A model generated the notes under the pieces. It saw only the letters and a list, made by a program, of their open reading frames with translations. It searched no databases and had not been told where the DNA came from. Below, piece after piece: positions 1 through 12,165 of a DNA stretch of 64,000 bases (position 1 is the first letter of the stretch; each line of letters starts with the position of its first letter). This stretch comes from Vicugna vicugna (taxonomy: Eukaryota), in NCBI GenBank assembly GCA_013265495.1, contig MU061579.1:6198963-6262962 (forward strand), given 5' to 3'. A program made the translations under genes and the position numbers.

Positions 1-652
1 ACATCATCAAGAACTCAGCTGCCTAAAGAATATATTATAACCCCTTGCAATCCAGATATTCCATGAGCTCTAACTCCAGACACAAGCTTCTCAGCCTCCT
101 CTCCCACTTGTCTCCTCCATATGCTCTGCCGTCCAATCAGACGATCGGGGCCTCTCACTGTTTTCTCTCTACCAAGTGCTGTTCTTTCTAAGTTTCTCTA
201 TGTACAAACATTCCTCTTTCTTCAAAATCCATGGCCACTGAAATCTGTGCAAGAAGTGCTCCTGGGTTTTTCCACAGCCCGTCCAGAGTACAAAATAACT
301 TCCCCTCACTTCACCATTTCTCATTTATGGTGTCATCCTGTGAGTATGTTTTAGTGCCGTCTAGGATAAAGGCAGTTTCTCGTGTAGGTGTCTGTCCCTC
401 ATGGCAATTTCCTGTAGTTGCTCAGAGATATTCCACAAATAATTTTTAGATATACAAATTTTTAAAAAATCCCAATTTTAATCTGTCAGGGAGAAGTTAA
501 ACTATGGAAAGAGTTAGGTGTTTTATCCTATGCAAATTCTTTTCACACTGATAGTCCAACTCCTGTTCTTAAAGACCAAGCCACGCGCTTAGTTTACTGA
601 TGTTCACTTAGCAAGCCCAGGGCAATCTTTGTAAAGTGTGAAATGTACTTAC

Positions 653-722
653 CTTATCATTATTGTAATAAGAAATGCTAAGGCCGTCAAATTTCACCCA
701 TCTTTTCTGAAACATGCGTTTT
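653..722 (-). CDS. ARAP2: ARAP2 exon 7 (70 nt), PH1 domain: (G)KRMFQKRWVKFDGLSISYYNNDK
   Basis: Minus strand: acceptor ATATTTTACAG|AAAACGCATG, donor GATAAG|GTAAGT. Phase 2 in, phase 0 out; in frame with exon 6. Confidence 0.96.
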
Positions 723-2439
723 CTGTAAAATATATGAAATCGTCATTTTATATTTAATAACCATAAACTTGGATTTTAGATACATTTGTAATATAACTGT
801 TGAGTATGTTCCCATTTGCTGTTAAAAAGCAAAGAAAACAACAGGCGTGAAAATGTACACTTTTGACAACAGTACATAGGAAAGAAAAAAATACACACAA
901 TGACAATTTTTAATCAAGTGACCTAGGTATTTTTTTTTAATGTAGCTGCTAATGGTGTCATCATCCACATTTATAAGGCTGAGTGGAAAACAAAGTGTGG
1001 TCAGAAACACAATCATTCACCCATATCCCTTAAAGGGGCTAATCCCTTAATGAAGATAACATGAAGTTTTACCCTACATTAAGCTTATAACATTTTATCC
1101 TATTTTTTTCTTAATTTTTGCTTTGGAGCATGAATAATATTTTGCTAACATAACAAACAAACAGCTTTGTGAATCGGATTTACATAGTTATATATTTTAA
1201 TTCTGATCAAATAAGCTGAAAAAGCTGTCTAAATCTAGAGAATCATTTGCAATCATCCAAAATTCACTGAAACATTAACAATTTGGAACAAAGAGCCACA
1301 TGAAAGGCCAATGCAGTTTAAAATGGTTACTGACATGAAAAACAAAACACAACAGTATCCCATGTTCCTTATTTAGGCATAAAGGAGAAAAAAACACATT
1401 CTGACTCCGTAAGGGAAAGGTGAAAAACCACTTCCCCTTGGGCTTGTTTTTATTTAGTTTCAGTCCCCTTCCCTGAAGTCAGACAATCCTAAAGGTTTGG
1501 AATATCTTATTTTCTACATGACTCTCAGTGTGAACGGACACCATCTAGACACGTTCAGCCTTGAACACAGATAATACGCGAAAACTAACTTCTGGTCTGA
1601 AAAAACAGTCATTTCTAAACCAACAGGTAAATGACCATGTCTGCCTTTTCCTTTTGCACAGTTTCCTAACATGGTTAAGATAAGAAAATGGTAGAACTTT
1701 CTGTGGTTTTCAGATTTAAAGATAGAAAAAGCACTTCAGGAAGTGTGGAGAACCGGTCTTCCGGGCTGTTTCCTGAGCGCGACACACCTATGGCTCCAGT
1801 GAAACACCATGAGCCTCCCACACCGATCATCAGCCAAGTGATTCTGCTTAAGATAAACTTAGAACAAATCTGATCAAATGGAGAAAAGGTTTGAAATTCA
1901 TTAGTGTGGACCACATTTTCACATATAAGCATTTAATAAATCATTAAGTAATACGAACATGTCAAGACTTTCTAATTATATAACCACAACGAATTTCCCA
2001 GCCCTCTTCACACCTTATCCCTCATCCTTCTGCTTCTGTTTAACTTCTCTTGGTCTGCAATGTGTTTTCTTAACCTTGCAACATCTGACAGTGTCGGTTC
2101 TTACTTCCTTCACTGACCTAAGCGTTCTTCAAGTTGCCAGCGTTAAAAGTTAAAAGGTAAAGAAGTACCAAGCAAACACACAATAACTATACATTGAACA
2201 AAAGCATGTAGCACTCATTTCATGTAATACTTAAAGGCAGGTAAACAGACATCTTCCCACACAATCCCAACTGTAATTCTATAAATCAAGATTTTGTTCT
2301 GGGCCCCCACCTACCTTACATGGTTAAGAGTGGTAAGCTTGAGCTCAGTACCTATAATCTTCCATTTCAGAATAAAAATCAGCAACATCTGTAGGAGATA
2401 AAGCTCTTAGGACCTTCCATTATCCCTCTGTTTCCTTTG

Positions 2440-2745
2440 CTAACTTCTCCTTGTCTTTCAGAGTTCCACCTCAGCCACCTACACAGACATTCCTTTTCTG
2501 CAATTCCTCTCCTGGAGAATAACAAAGTTACTCTTTCTCAAAGCACCCTCTCCTTTTCCTCATAGCGCTTAACACAATCTCTAATTACATATGTTTGCTT
2601 AGTTGCTTAATGTCTGTCTCCCACACCAACCCTCATGCTTTACAAGGACAAAGTCCAAGGAGGTTTCATTCTCCCCTATATGATAAGCAACTAACACAGA
2701 GACAAATATGGCACTAAAAAAGAATCTGTTAAATGAATGAGTGAC
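2440..2745 (+). mobile_element. L2 LINE 3' fragment
   Basis: L2-like 3' end: tgtctgtctccc...ctaacacagagacaaatatggcactaaaaaagaatctgttaaatgaatgagtga. Confidence 0.6.
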
Positions 2746-3499
2746 AAGATTATGCACATGTCCCTTAGCAACATGGACAAGATGACAGAGAAAACCTCAA
2801 ACGACCGGCACTCAAATAATGAGCATCTTTTAAAAGAAAGGTTGGCAGAAGGCAGGAAAAACTTCTAAAAAGTCAGAATTAAATTCAAAGTTTGAAAACT
2901 TGTCAAACCCACTTTAACATGTCTTAGATTGTTTGGTTGTAGCAATTTGGACTCATAAAGCTTTCTTAGAATTCCATCACCATCTGGATAGACAGTTTGA
3001 GGTCTGAGACATCATCCAAGAGTTTTAACATTTGTGTCCACAGAAAAGTGAGAAGGGGAGGAGGGTGAGAAGACAGCTCAGAGATCAAAGATGCTCCCAT
3101 GTGACTAGTTACATTTCTTTTCTCAGGCACTGACTACAAAGGACACACTCAGGAAAGCCACCAAAACCTCAGCCTCTGAGCGACTCAACTCCTAAGATAC
3201 TCCCCCCAATCATTTTCATTTTCTCAACCACGAGGTGATTATCTGATGTGTTCAGCCATTTCATCCCAATGTTTTTAAAGATTAAGTCTGTCTAATGATC
3301 TACTGAAGGACAAGTAAATGAGACAAATCCCAGTCCATGATAAAATGGAGTGAGTGTAGCAGCTGACAAATCAATTGTTTCGTAGTTGGAGAGAGCCACT
3401 GTGCCATCATTAACACGTTACTTCTGTTGCTATTCACTCAGCCACCATCAAATCTGTGGGTACCTGCTCTGTGGACACTACTCTCCAGCCATCCTGCCC

Positions 3500-3870
3500 C
3501 CTTTCTCTAAACTCCTTCTTGCCTCCTGGCCTTCCCACATGCCATTTTCTCCACTTGGAATGCTCCCTGCCTGCTCTTGATGAGGCTGGCTCTTTATCCT
3601 TGAGATATCAGTTCAAAAGTCATTCCCCCAAGTGGCCACCATTGAATAACACATTGGTCCTCCAGGTTCCCTGGGCCTCTTGCTCCATCTCTTTGCTTCA
3701 TGGCACTCAGCAGAACTTGCAATCATGTATTTGTATTGTGTCCTCCATCTCCCACACTAGGTATTGAGATCCTTGAGTGCAGAAACCATTTATGTTTTTT
3801 ATCAAGGTAAAACCAGTGACTGCCACAATTCCTAACTTATAAAACTGAATACTCAGTGAGTGATGAGTGA
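3500..3870 (+). mobile_element. L2 LINE 3' fragment
   Basis: tggaatgctccctg...ctaggtattgagatccttgagtgcagaaacc...tgagtgatgagtgaat, a typical L2 tail. Confidence 0.6.
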
Positions 3871-4663
3871 ATATATTTCTTATTGAAAAACGCTTCCTCA
3901 AATTTTCATTTTATGTATGGAGAATACAAACACTACTAACTTAACTACTTCACTCTTAATTTCGTTTTTTGCTTTTATCAAATACTAAAGATCAGAATTT
4001 TTATATGACAAAATAAAAGCCTTGTAAAATATCTTGTTATTAAAGCAAAAGTAGAGTCTACAGAAAACTTGAAAAATTCATCATTAGTTTCCATGTAATT
4101 TTAAAATACATTTTAGAGTTAACCAGTTTTAAAATACATTTTTTAAGATGTGTATATTTTGTACTTTCCTATTTAAAAATGCAAATTAATAAATTAAATG
4201 TTTCTAAAACTAAATTTACATAAACATTTTTGAATCTATTTAACTCATTAAATGTGTCAGTATTCAATTAGCTATTTTCTGCATGTAAACTTCAATACTG
4301 AATTCTACTAACTGGTTATTTAAAGATAACTTAGATACTTCCTCACAATATAGTCCTCCTTTCTAGCAAATGGAAACTTGTATTCAATATTGGTAAACTC
4401 TATAAATTAATCAAAAATTCAACTGCATAAAAGGGAGAGCTTGAGAAGTACTTGGTTTCTAAACATCAATACAATTTTAAATTAAAAAATGTTGGTGAAT
4501 AATAAATTTTTAAGAGTTATCTTTTCTGTGCAAGAGTTAAATATTTTTCTCATGTATTTATGAAAGTCTACTCAATATCAGGCAACTAATTTCAGTGTAA
4601 TTATGTAAAATTAATCTTTAACATTCAATAAGAGATTGCTAAAGTACTTTAAGTTCTCTCTGA

Positions 4664-4878
4664 TGAGGGGGATAAATTAGGAATTTGGCATTAATGGATA
4701 TATAAAATAAACAGCAAGGGCCTACCATATAGCACAGAAACTATATTCAATATTTGTAATAACCTATAAGGAAAAAGAACCTGAAAAAGAATATATATAT
4801 ATGTGTGTGTATATAACTGAATCACCTTGCTTTACACCTGAAACATTGTAAATCAACTATACTTCAGTAAAAATGGTT
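4664..4878 (+). mobile_element. 5'-truncated artiodactyl-type L1 3' end (L1_Art/L1_BT-like) with TSD
   Basis: gggataaattaggaatttgg...tataactgaatcaccttgctttacacctgaaacattgtaaatcaactatacttcag. Flanked by tttaagttctctctga (4648-4663) and tttaagttttctctga (4879-4894). Confidence 0.85.
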
Positions 4879-5127
4879 TTTAAGTTTTCTCTGACATAAA
4901 TGATGCCTTTTCCTTAAATTTCAATTAACTTCCCCTAATTCAATTAAAATTGATGTATTTAGTAAATGTTACAAAAAAAGGACCAAGTATAAAATACAAT
5001 GTCACTCTAGCCTCTATTCCTACTATCACGTGACACAAATTAGACCTGAAATAATGAAGAATTATCAGCCAGAGAAGAGATTTTAAAGCCTCAGTCAATA
5101 AAGAACTTCTTTGGCACAATAATCTTC

Positions 5128-5380
5128 ATAATAAAAACAGCCACCACTTATAGAGTGCTTTGTTCTACGCATTGTTGCAAGCATATACAAATATTAATTC
5201 ATTTAATCCTCCAAACAACCATATGAGGCAAGTAATATTATTACTCCCATTTTACAGATGAAGGCACAATGGAATCATTAGGTTAAATAATTTGCCCAAG
5301 CCACACAACTAATAAAGAGCATTCCAGTGAGTCAAATCTAGGCACTGTAGTCCAAAGTGTGTGCTCTTAACCACTGTACA
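5128..5380 (-). mobile_element. MIR SINE
   Basis: MIR core: catttaatcctccaaacaaccatatgaggcaagt...cccattttacagatgaagg...ttgcccaag...gctcttaaccact. Confidence 0.85.
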
Positions 5381-6589
5381 AAACAGACTCTGGTATATTT
5401 TATAGCAAAGCATCTTGGATATCCTGTTAGGTAGCAATAACATTTGACCTCTATGTATTTAATATGTGAGTTCAACTTTGCAAAGTGCTTCAGAATTCTT
5501 TCAAGAAAAGGTGAAGTAGACAGGAAAAAAATTAGCCTTGGTTTGATCCTATTTTGTTTTTAGAGTGTTAAAGGGAAACATTTCTTTAAGAAGCTTTCTT
5601 AGAACATTTTATAAGGCATGTGCAGTGTTATTGAACGGATTTCTATCAGCTCTTCCCCTGAGCTCTGGCTGGGCAGGTGATGTAACATTTCGACCACTAT
5701 TATAAATACAGCCTCACCACCTGGTGTCAGTTTTTGTTGTCTCAAAATTGTGTATCTTAAAATTTCTTTTTTAAGTAGTGTATTACAAACAATTAATTAT
5801 CTATTTATGAAGTATTTACATGAAGGCACCTCTGTTTAATTTCATTCCTAAGTGCCAGTAGGTTTTTTTTTTTAAAGACTATATCTTTTAGCTTTAAAAA
5901 ACTGCAAAATTGGACAAGCATGCTAACCAACAATATTAATTTAGGGAGGCAGAGGGTACCAAATTGTCAACTTCAAATATCACATAACCAGAATGAACCT
6001 CAAAGTGATGAAGTCAAATTTATGACTTTTATTAATCATGGTATTTTAATCATGACAAACATACTTATCATTCTAAACAGAAGTATCTAAAAAAAGGTGT
6101 CATAAACATGCTGTTTCAGACTCACATGCCTTGTTTACATAATCCTGAAGAATTATATGCATATTTTCTCTTATTTTCTGCTCCAACCTTAACTAGCCTC
6201 AATATTTTTTATAACTACTACAATTTCCAAAAGTATAGATTTTTGTTTATATATCTAATAATGAATTTTTTATTTCTCTATTTATTTAATTACTCTTAAG
6301 TATGAGGCTTTTAAATACTGCAGCATTAGTTACGAAGCATTTTACAGATACACATCCAAGGAATTATTATAATGTTTCTATAAAATGTCAGCATGTTTCT
6401 ATTCTAAAGTGTATTTCCTTACTTTTAAGCAAACCAAAATGATAGTTTCCAAGATTCCATGAAGCAAAATGAGTTGGAGCCAGAAAAAAATAAAACAAAA
6501 TTTCTCTGAAATCCCAGCTTCCATCTCTGTTTTAAATGAGAAAAACACAAATGTTATTTACCACAAAATCCCACGTGCTAAAAGGAGTT

Positions 6590-6714
6590 TTAGAAGTCAA
6601 TGATAAAGCATTTATTAGAAGTCAATGATAAAGCATTTAACGTGTGACTACTAATCATTGCACTATTTACAAGGAGCTTAGTGCTTACATGAAAGGAGCT
6701 TAGTGCTTATATGA
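6590..6714. repeat. Two adjacent short tandem duplications (25 bp x2 and 22 bp x2)
   Basis: ttagaagtcaatgataaagcattta at 6590-6614 and 6615-6639 (identical); aaggagcttagtgcttaYatga at 6671-6692 and 6693-6714 (1 mismatch). Confidence 0.95.
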
Positions 6715-6789
6715 AAAGCCACGTTAAAAGATGACACCTCTTTATTTTACAGAGTCACACTCTATAAAAAAATAAAAACTTAACATGAA

Positions 6790-8570
6790 ACCAGCTTATA
6801 GTTAAGATGATCAATTAAAAGCTTGTATTTATCTTTACTCCTCACAAAACCTCAAGAGATTAAAAAATAAATGAAAACGAATAAATACCTACAAACCAAC
6901 ACTGACGGGAGAAGGAAATGACAGTATTAGGAAACCAGGAAAGCACAAGGAGGGAGAGGGGCTGTCTCAGGAGGTTTCAGAGAGCTGATTGCTAAGCCTA
7001 CAAGAGATCAAATTGAGAGGAAAACCAATTTACTCACAAAATCTCAGAAAGTCTCAGGAGATACAAGTACCAAGTAACTCTGGAAGTGAATATGAAGGAG
7101 ACGGGGTGCTGAGAACAGGAAGACTGACTGAAAGGCTACTGAAGAGAGAAACTTGCACCCCTCAGCACTCCACCCCAGAACGCTTCCCTTACTCCACAGC
7201 TGGAAAACAGCACCTCCTCCTCCTCCTCCTCAGCAGGACAGCAGAGTTTTATTCACTGGAGAAGGTCAAATCCAGGTCTCTAGACTGGGAGACTCAGACA
7301 TGGCTGAAGGTGGGGGACAGTATTACAGTAGAATCAAGTCCACATCATAAATACTTATTCTCAAAGTCCACTTTCCCTACTAAGCTCCCCAAATCACCCT
7401 TACCACCCTCAATAAAGAGGCTCATTTAAAAGATACTGGCATGAGGAGTCTCCAAGGAAACACATTAGGAAAGGCCTAGCGAGATCATCTTGCAAGAAAT
7501 AGACAGCAAGGTCCATCAGAGCACGATCCCACCAGCTTTGCGGTGTCTCCTTTAAGATGAACAGCCCAAACAGAGAATCAGTTATGACAGGAAGACTCAA
7601 CTGATGCGGCAAACTTCATTGCTGTCTTATGTTAAGTAACTGCCACAGGATCTCAACCTTCGGAAGCCACCACCCTGATCAGTCAGGAGCCATCAGCATC
7701 AAGGCAAGACCCTCCACCAGTAAAAAAGATTATGACCTGCTGAAGGCTCAGACAATGGTTTCTACTTTTTAGCAAATAAAGTGGTTTGTTTTAATTTAAA
7801 AAATGCCCAAAATTAATAAGTATCTGAGGAAAGCATCTCAAAGATAAAAGATGGGGAAGAAACCCCCTCCAAAAAATTGAAAGAAGCAAAGTCTACAGGA
7901 AAAGAAAGCTTCAAAACACTTATTAATAGCCACAGAGAGATAAAAGAACATAGTGTGTCTGTGAAACAATAGTACATTATAAGAAAGTCAAAAGTAAGAA
8001 AGTGCTTTCTACATTAAATGTAAGATAACAAAAAGCAAAAGTGGGTTACAATACATAAACTAAATAAGCTTTCTTAGGCGGCTGTAGGATGATAAAATTA
8101 ACATGTGTGTGTATTTTGGTTACTTCACAGATTTATAGTCCTGAGGAAGAATTTGTGGATAAATGAGCGATAAGTACATAGAAAAACTAAGTAAATAAAA
8201 GAAATCAATAATTATTAATTCCAAGGAAATAAAAGGTGGCAAATGAAAGAAAAAGCCATCATTTTATGTTGCAAAGCTCAAATATGAGTAGCCTTTACAC
8301 AGTCCTAAGAATATTAAAGTAAATATAGATAAAACTCATTTTATACACCTACTTTAAAATATGATTAGCTGGGAACTGTGTCTAGGCGGGTGAACAGCAG
8401 TGAAAATGAATAAACAGTATATTCTATGCTAATCTTTCAACAGTTAATACCCATCACTGAAAAGTCAGGAAGCATCAGTATGGAACTATTAAGATAAAGT
8501 AAATACCAAAAGAAACTACTGAAAAATTAGCAAGTGGCTGCCTCTTATGATGAAGTGAGATGAGAGGAAA
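6790..8570 (+). mobile_element. Ancient HAL1/L1-like element, interrupted by younger insertions
   Basis: A-rich decayed L1-like body. The 3' motif taaataccaaaagaaac...aagtggctgcctct resembles recalled HAL1 ends. Confidence 0.5.
7575..7800 (+). mobile_element. Tigger1 (TcMar) DNA transposon fragment
   Basis: gatgcggcaaacttcattgctgtcttat...caccaccctgatcagtcag...caaggcaagaccctccaccag...aagattatgacctgctgaaggctcaga. Confidence 0.85.
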
Positions 8571-8577
8571 CATTGCC

Positions 8578-8910
8578 CTTTTTTTTTCTTCCAGTTTTAT
8601 TGAGACATAACCAACAAACAGCACTGTATCAGTTTAAGGTACACAGCATAATGATTTGACTTACATTCCTCACGAAATGATTACTACAGTAAGTTTAGTG
8701 ACCATCCATCTTCTCTCATAGACACAAAATTAAAGAAGTAGAAAAAGAATTTTTTCCTTGTGATAAGAACTCTTAATATTTCCTCTTAGCAACTTTCATG
8801 TATTATAGCCGTGTTAATTTTATTTATCATGTTGTTTACATGCACTTATTTATCCTATGAACTGGAAGTCTATACCTTTTGACTGCCTTCATCCAATTTC
8901 CCCTCCCCCC
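8578..8910 (-). mobile_element. L1 3' UTR fragment (L1MA9-like)
   Basis: Poly-T followed by ccagttttattgagacataa...gtttaaggtacacagcataatgatttga...actggaagtctataccttttgac. Confidence 0.8.
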
Positions 8911-11464
8911 AGCTATTTTTTTAAAAATAAGTTAGGCAGAACTTTCAGACACTTAAAACCATGTGCTTTTATAACCACCAAAAAACTAAACTTTAAATAT
9001 TCAATGTAAACACATGATTTCTTCACTTTATGGTTGCCAAGGTAAGAATTGACTAGAACTCACTTTCAGTAATATTATCAAAGATCACCTGAAATGAAAT
9101 GATGCTCTTCTGAAAAGAAAGAAAATTTAGGTTTACTGAGCTCCAATTAAGGGGATCTGTGGCCAGGCCCAATGTTACCTACTTTTCCAACTGATCCCAT
9201 GGAGAAAGTCTTGCCCTTACATTTTTACGTGTGGGAAACAGAGGTTCTGAGACATTAAGTCACAGAGAGAATGAGTAATAGATGAACAATTCTAATTTCT
9301 GTCTGATTCCGAAATCCTCATTCACTTCTCTATAGCTAGACTGACTGAAGGAAATTAGCCATATTATTTTAATAAATACTAAAACTAAGAATTTTTTTCC
9401 TCAAATTGCAAATAAAATATCAAAACTTTTATTCACTTGACACAGGCTTCACAAGTTATGTGTGATTTGAGAAATGGGCAAAAAGACACACTTTATCAGA
9501 GATTTAAGAGTCAATGTTTAAATTCCACAAGGTGATTGATACACAATACCTTGGTCAGATAAAGACTTGTTAAGTTTCCACTACATTTGCTTTTCACTGA
9601 AAGGCTGGCCGTAGGACAGCATTCCCAGGAGATCTGAGGCACTCGCACGCTTCTGTGCAGATGGGGAGTCGCTCCACTGTGGTAGCCTTGGAGACTCTGG
9701 GCACTAGCTGGAAAGTCAGCCTCTGACAAAGGTACCAACAGCAGAAGCTCTGATGTCCCACCAAGTCACAGGACTGGCTTCTGAGTGCTCTCTCAACCAC
9801 TGTTTGGGATTTAGCCTTTCTTTGGAGATTTGATCACTGGCTTTCAACCTGGACATGCAATTCACTGGCAGTTTCTCCCTCCAGGTCCTACAGCCCAACC
9901 TGCATCTTCCATAAAACAACCTCAACTTACCCTTCTATGTATCTCACAGACTTTAGGACATTCAGATATCACGACACCTATACCCTTTAACTCCTTCTCG
10001 CCTGAAAAGTATTTCATCTAAAACCACCAGTTAAAATGGTACCCATTTTCCAACTGCTCTTTCTCCTCCCTAGAAGATCTTAGAAGAAATGTTTTCTCAA
10101 CCTCTCTGTAACCTCATGATTCTGTACTTTGTGGACTCTTCTGTATCAATTACCATACTTTGTCTTTTGAGTGTATTTTTATTTGTATTTTTTTCTGCCC
10201 TAAGTAGAAGATACAAAAAAGACATGGAACACATCCTGCTCATCTTTATATTCTTTCATAAATTCTTAAATGTATCATATATACAAACAGCTTCTGCTGT
10301 CCCAGGCTCACATGGCCACACAACGCTTCTCTATGGTTAAAAAAAATTGGTAATACTTTTTTTAAAAAAGAATTTAACTGAGTAAGAAAGAAGTTCTAAA
10401 TCATCTTGTCAAGTAAAATAGGAACTCCTCAAGATACAGTGCAGTTTTTGTAACTATGCTCTGTGTGTTAATACTGAACACACAAACATCTTTAGAAAAC
10501 AGGCTAAAAAGTCGAAAGGGTTTCCGAGTTGCAGATACTCTTGGATATTCAATATGTGCTTTCCTAGAAGGGATGTGCCACAATCAACCATGTTCTCTTT
10601 CCTTTACAGCGACTCACAGGATTTTGTCCTGAGTTACATAGTCAAGAAATGCTGGCATAAATTCTATCCAGTCTTTCATATTTGCATCTACTCAGACTTG
10701 CTGAAGAGCTTGAGCTTTTTAGTTACATGTAGGAAAGGGGAGAATCTTGTTTTATTAATCTGCAAAACCCAGAGAATTCTCTAAAACAAGTATCATTTAT
10801 TAAGTTTTATATCTGCCTGGCCTGTTTGAAACACTAACAACAGACCTGAGTTCAAAATTTTATCAAGTTTTTGCCATACAATTTTTTAAACCAATAGTAT
10901 CAGGCTATATTATAATTAGATCATTCTAACAGTTACATAAATTTTCATACTTTAAGCTCAATTGGAAATGTTTCCACATTTCTCTAGTTGCATGGTGTTA
11001 AAAATTATTTTCTTACTAAATAGTGGGCAGTTTTTACATACTGTGCACTGATTCAGAACTGGCATTTCCATTTCAAAAGCAAACAGACACTCAGTCATGT
11101 GAAATAAATCCAGATTATGAATCTGATTACTTTGTTTAATGTCACCCATGACTGAGGACAGTTTCAAACACTATTTGGAGAAAGATAAGAAGAATAACTG
11201 AGTATGGCTATTATTTGTTTTTAAACTCTGTTTTGACAATACTTGGACGTGTCTTTAGGAGGGAAACAGAATTTCAATAAGGACCCTGAGAGTCCACTGC
11301 TCTGTTAATATTTACCAGTGCTACCAACGGTACCTGCAGATTTCTAACCAGTACAGTGTTTAGAATTAGTTTTTATTACAAAATCCCTATAATTTTTTAA
11401 AAAACAACCTGTTTTACAAAAATTTAAAGACAGTACTATGTCTAATGCTAGGGTTATTTTGAAC

Positions 11465-11825
11465 AAATTCATTCAAGAACAAACACTAAGAGCATCTACC
11501 ACATGCCAGGCGACCTTTCAGCTGTTTAGGATGCTGTAGTAAACAAGAGCCAATAGACATGACTGTTCCATGGAGCAGATATAAAGTCAGTCAATCACCC
11601 AATGTGTGAGCTATGAGAAAAACAATTAAGGGAGTGTTGCAGTGATGGGGGAGAGGGGCAGTGATAATACTGAATTTGGAGTTCAGAGCCTCAGTGCAAG
11701 AGGCTTTAGAGTAAGAACCTGAGGGCGGTAAGGTACAAGTCATGTTGCTCTCCGGGTAAGAGGATTCAAGGCAGAAAGAACAAGTGCAGAGGTCCCCAAA
11801 GAGGGACCCTGCTTCTTATGTCTAG
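11465..11825 (-). mobile_element. L2 LINE fragment
   Basis: attcattcaagaacaaacactaagagcatctaccacatgccagg...aggcagaaagaacaagtgcagaggtccc. Confidence 0.7.
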
Positions 11826-11959
11826 ATTTGATAGAACAATAAAGTAGCTTTACTGTTTTGTAATCAATCAGTTGTAATTTTCAATCTGGGGCCCAAGGGA
11901 GATGGAGGAAGCTGGTGTAAGATTTTAGCCAACCCTCTAATCTGTTTTATGCTACTACA

Positions 11960-12165
11960 GCCCATCAGCCAAACCTGGCCCCTTAAATGTATTGATAAAT
12001 AAAGTTTTATTAAAACACAGCCTTATTCATCAGTGCACATATTCTCTGTGGCTGTTTTCATGCTACAACTGCTGAGTTGCTGATCTCCTACAGACACCAT
12101 AAGGCTGTACAGATCAAAGGATTTCATGTCTGACCCTTTGCAGAAAAAGTTTGCTAATACATTCT
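11960..12165. mobile_element. MER58A-like hAT-Charlie MITE
   Basis: aaataaagttttattaaaacacagcc...tgtggctgttttcatgctacaac...tctgaccctttgcagaaaaagtttgcta. Confidence 0.8.

Noticed and set aside
6590..6714. Direct repeats of CRISPR-like length
   Set aside because: Only two head-to-tail copies each, no spacers, mammalian context.
6989..7429. 146-aa plus-strand ORF
   Set aside because: Lies in a decayed HAL1/L1-like repeat, has a non-ATG start and no recognisable protein similarity.
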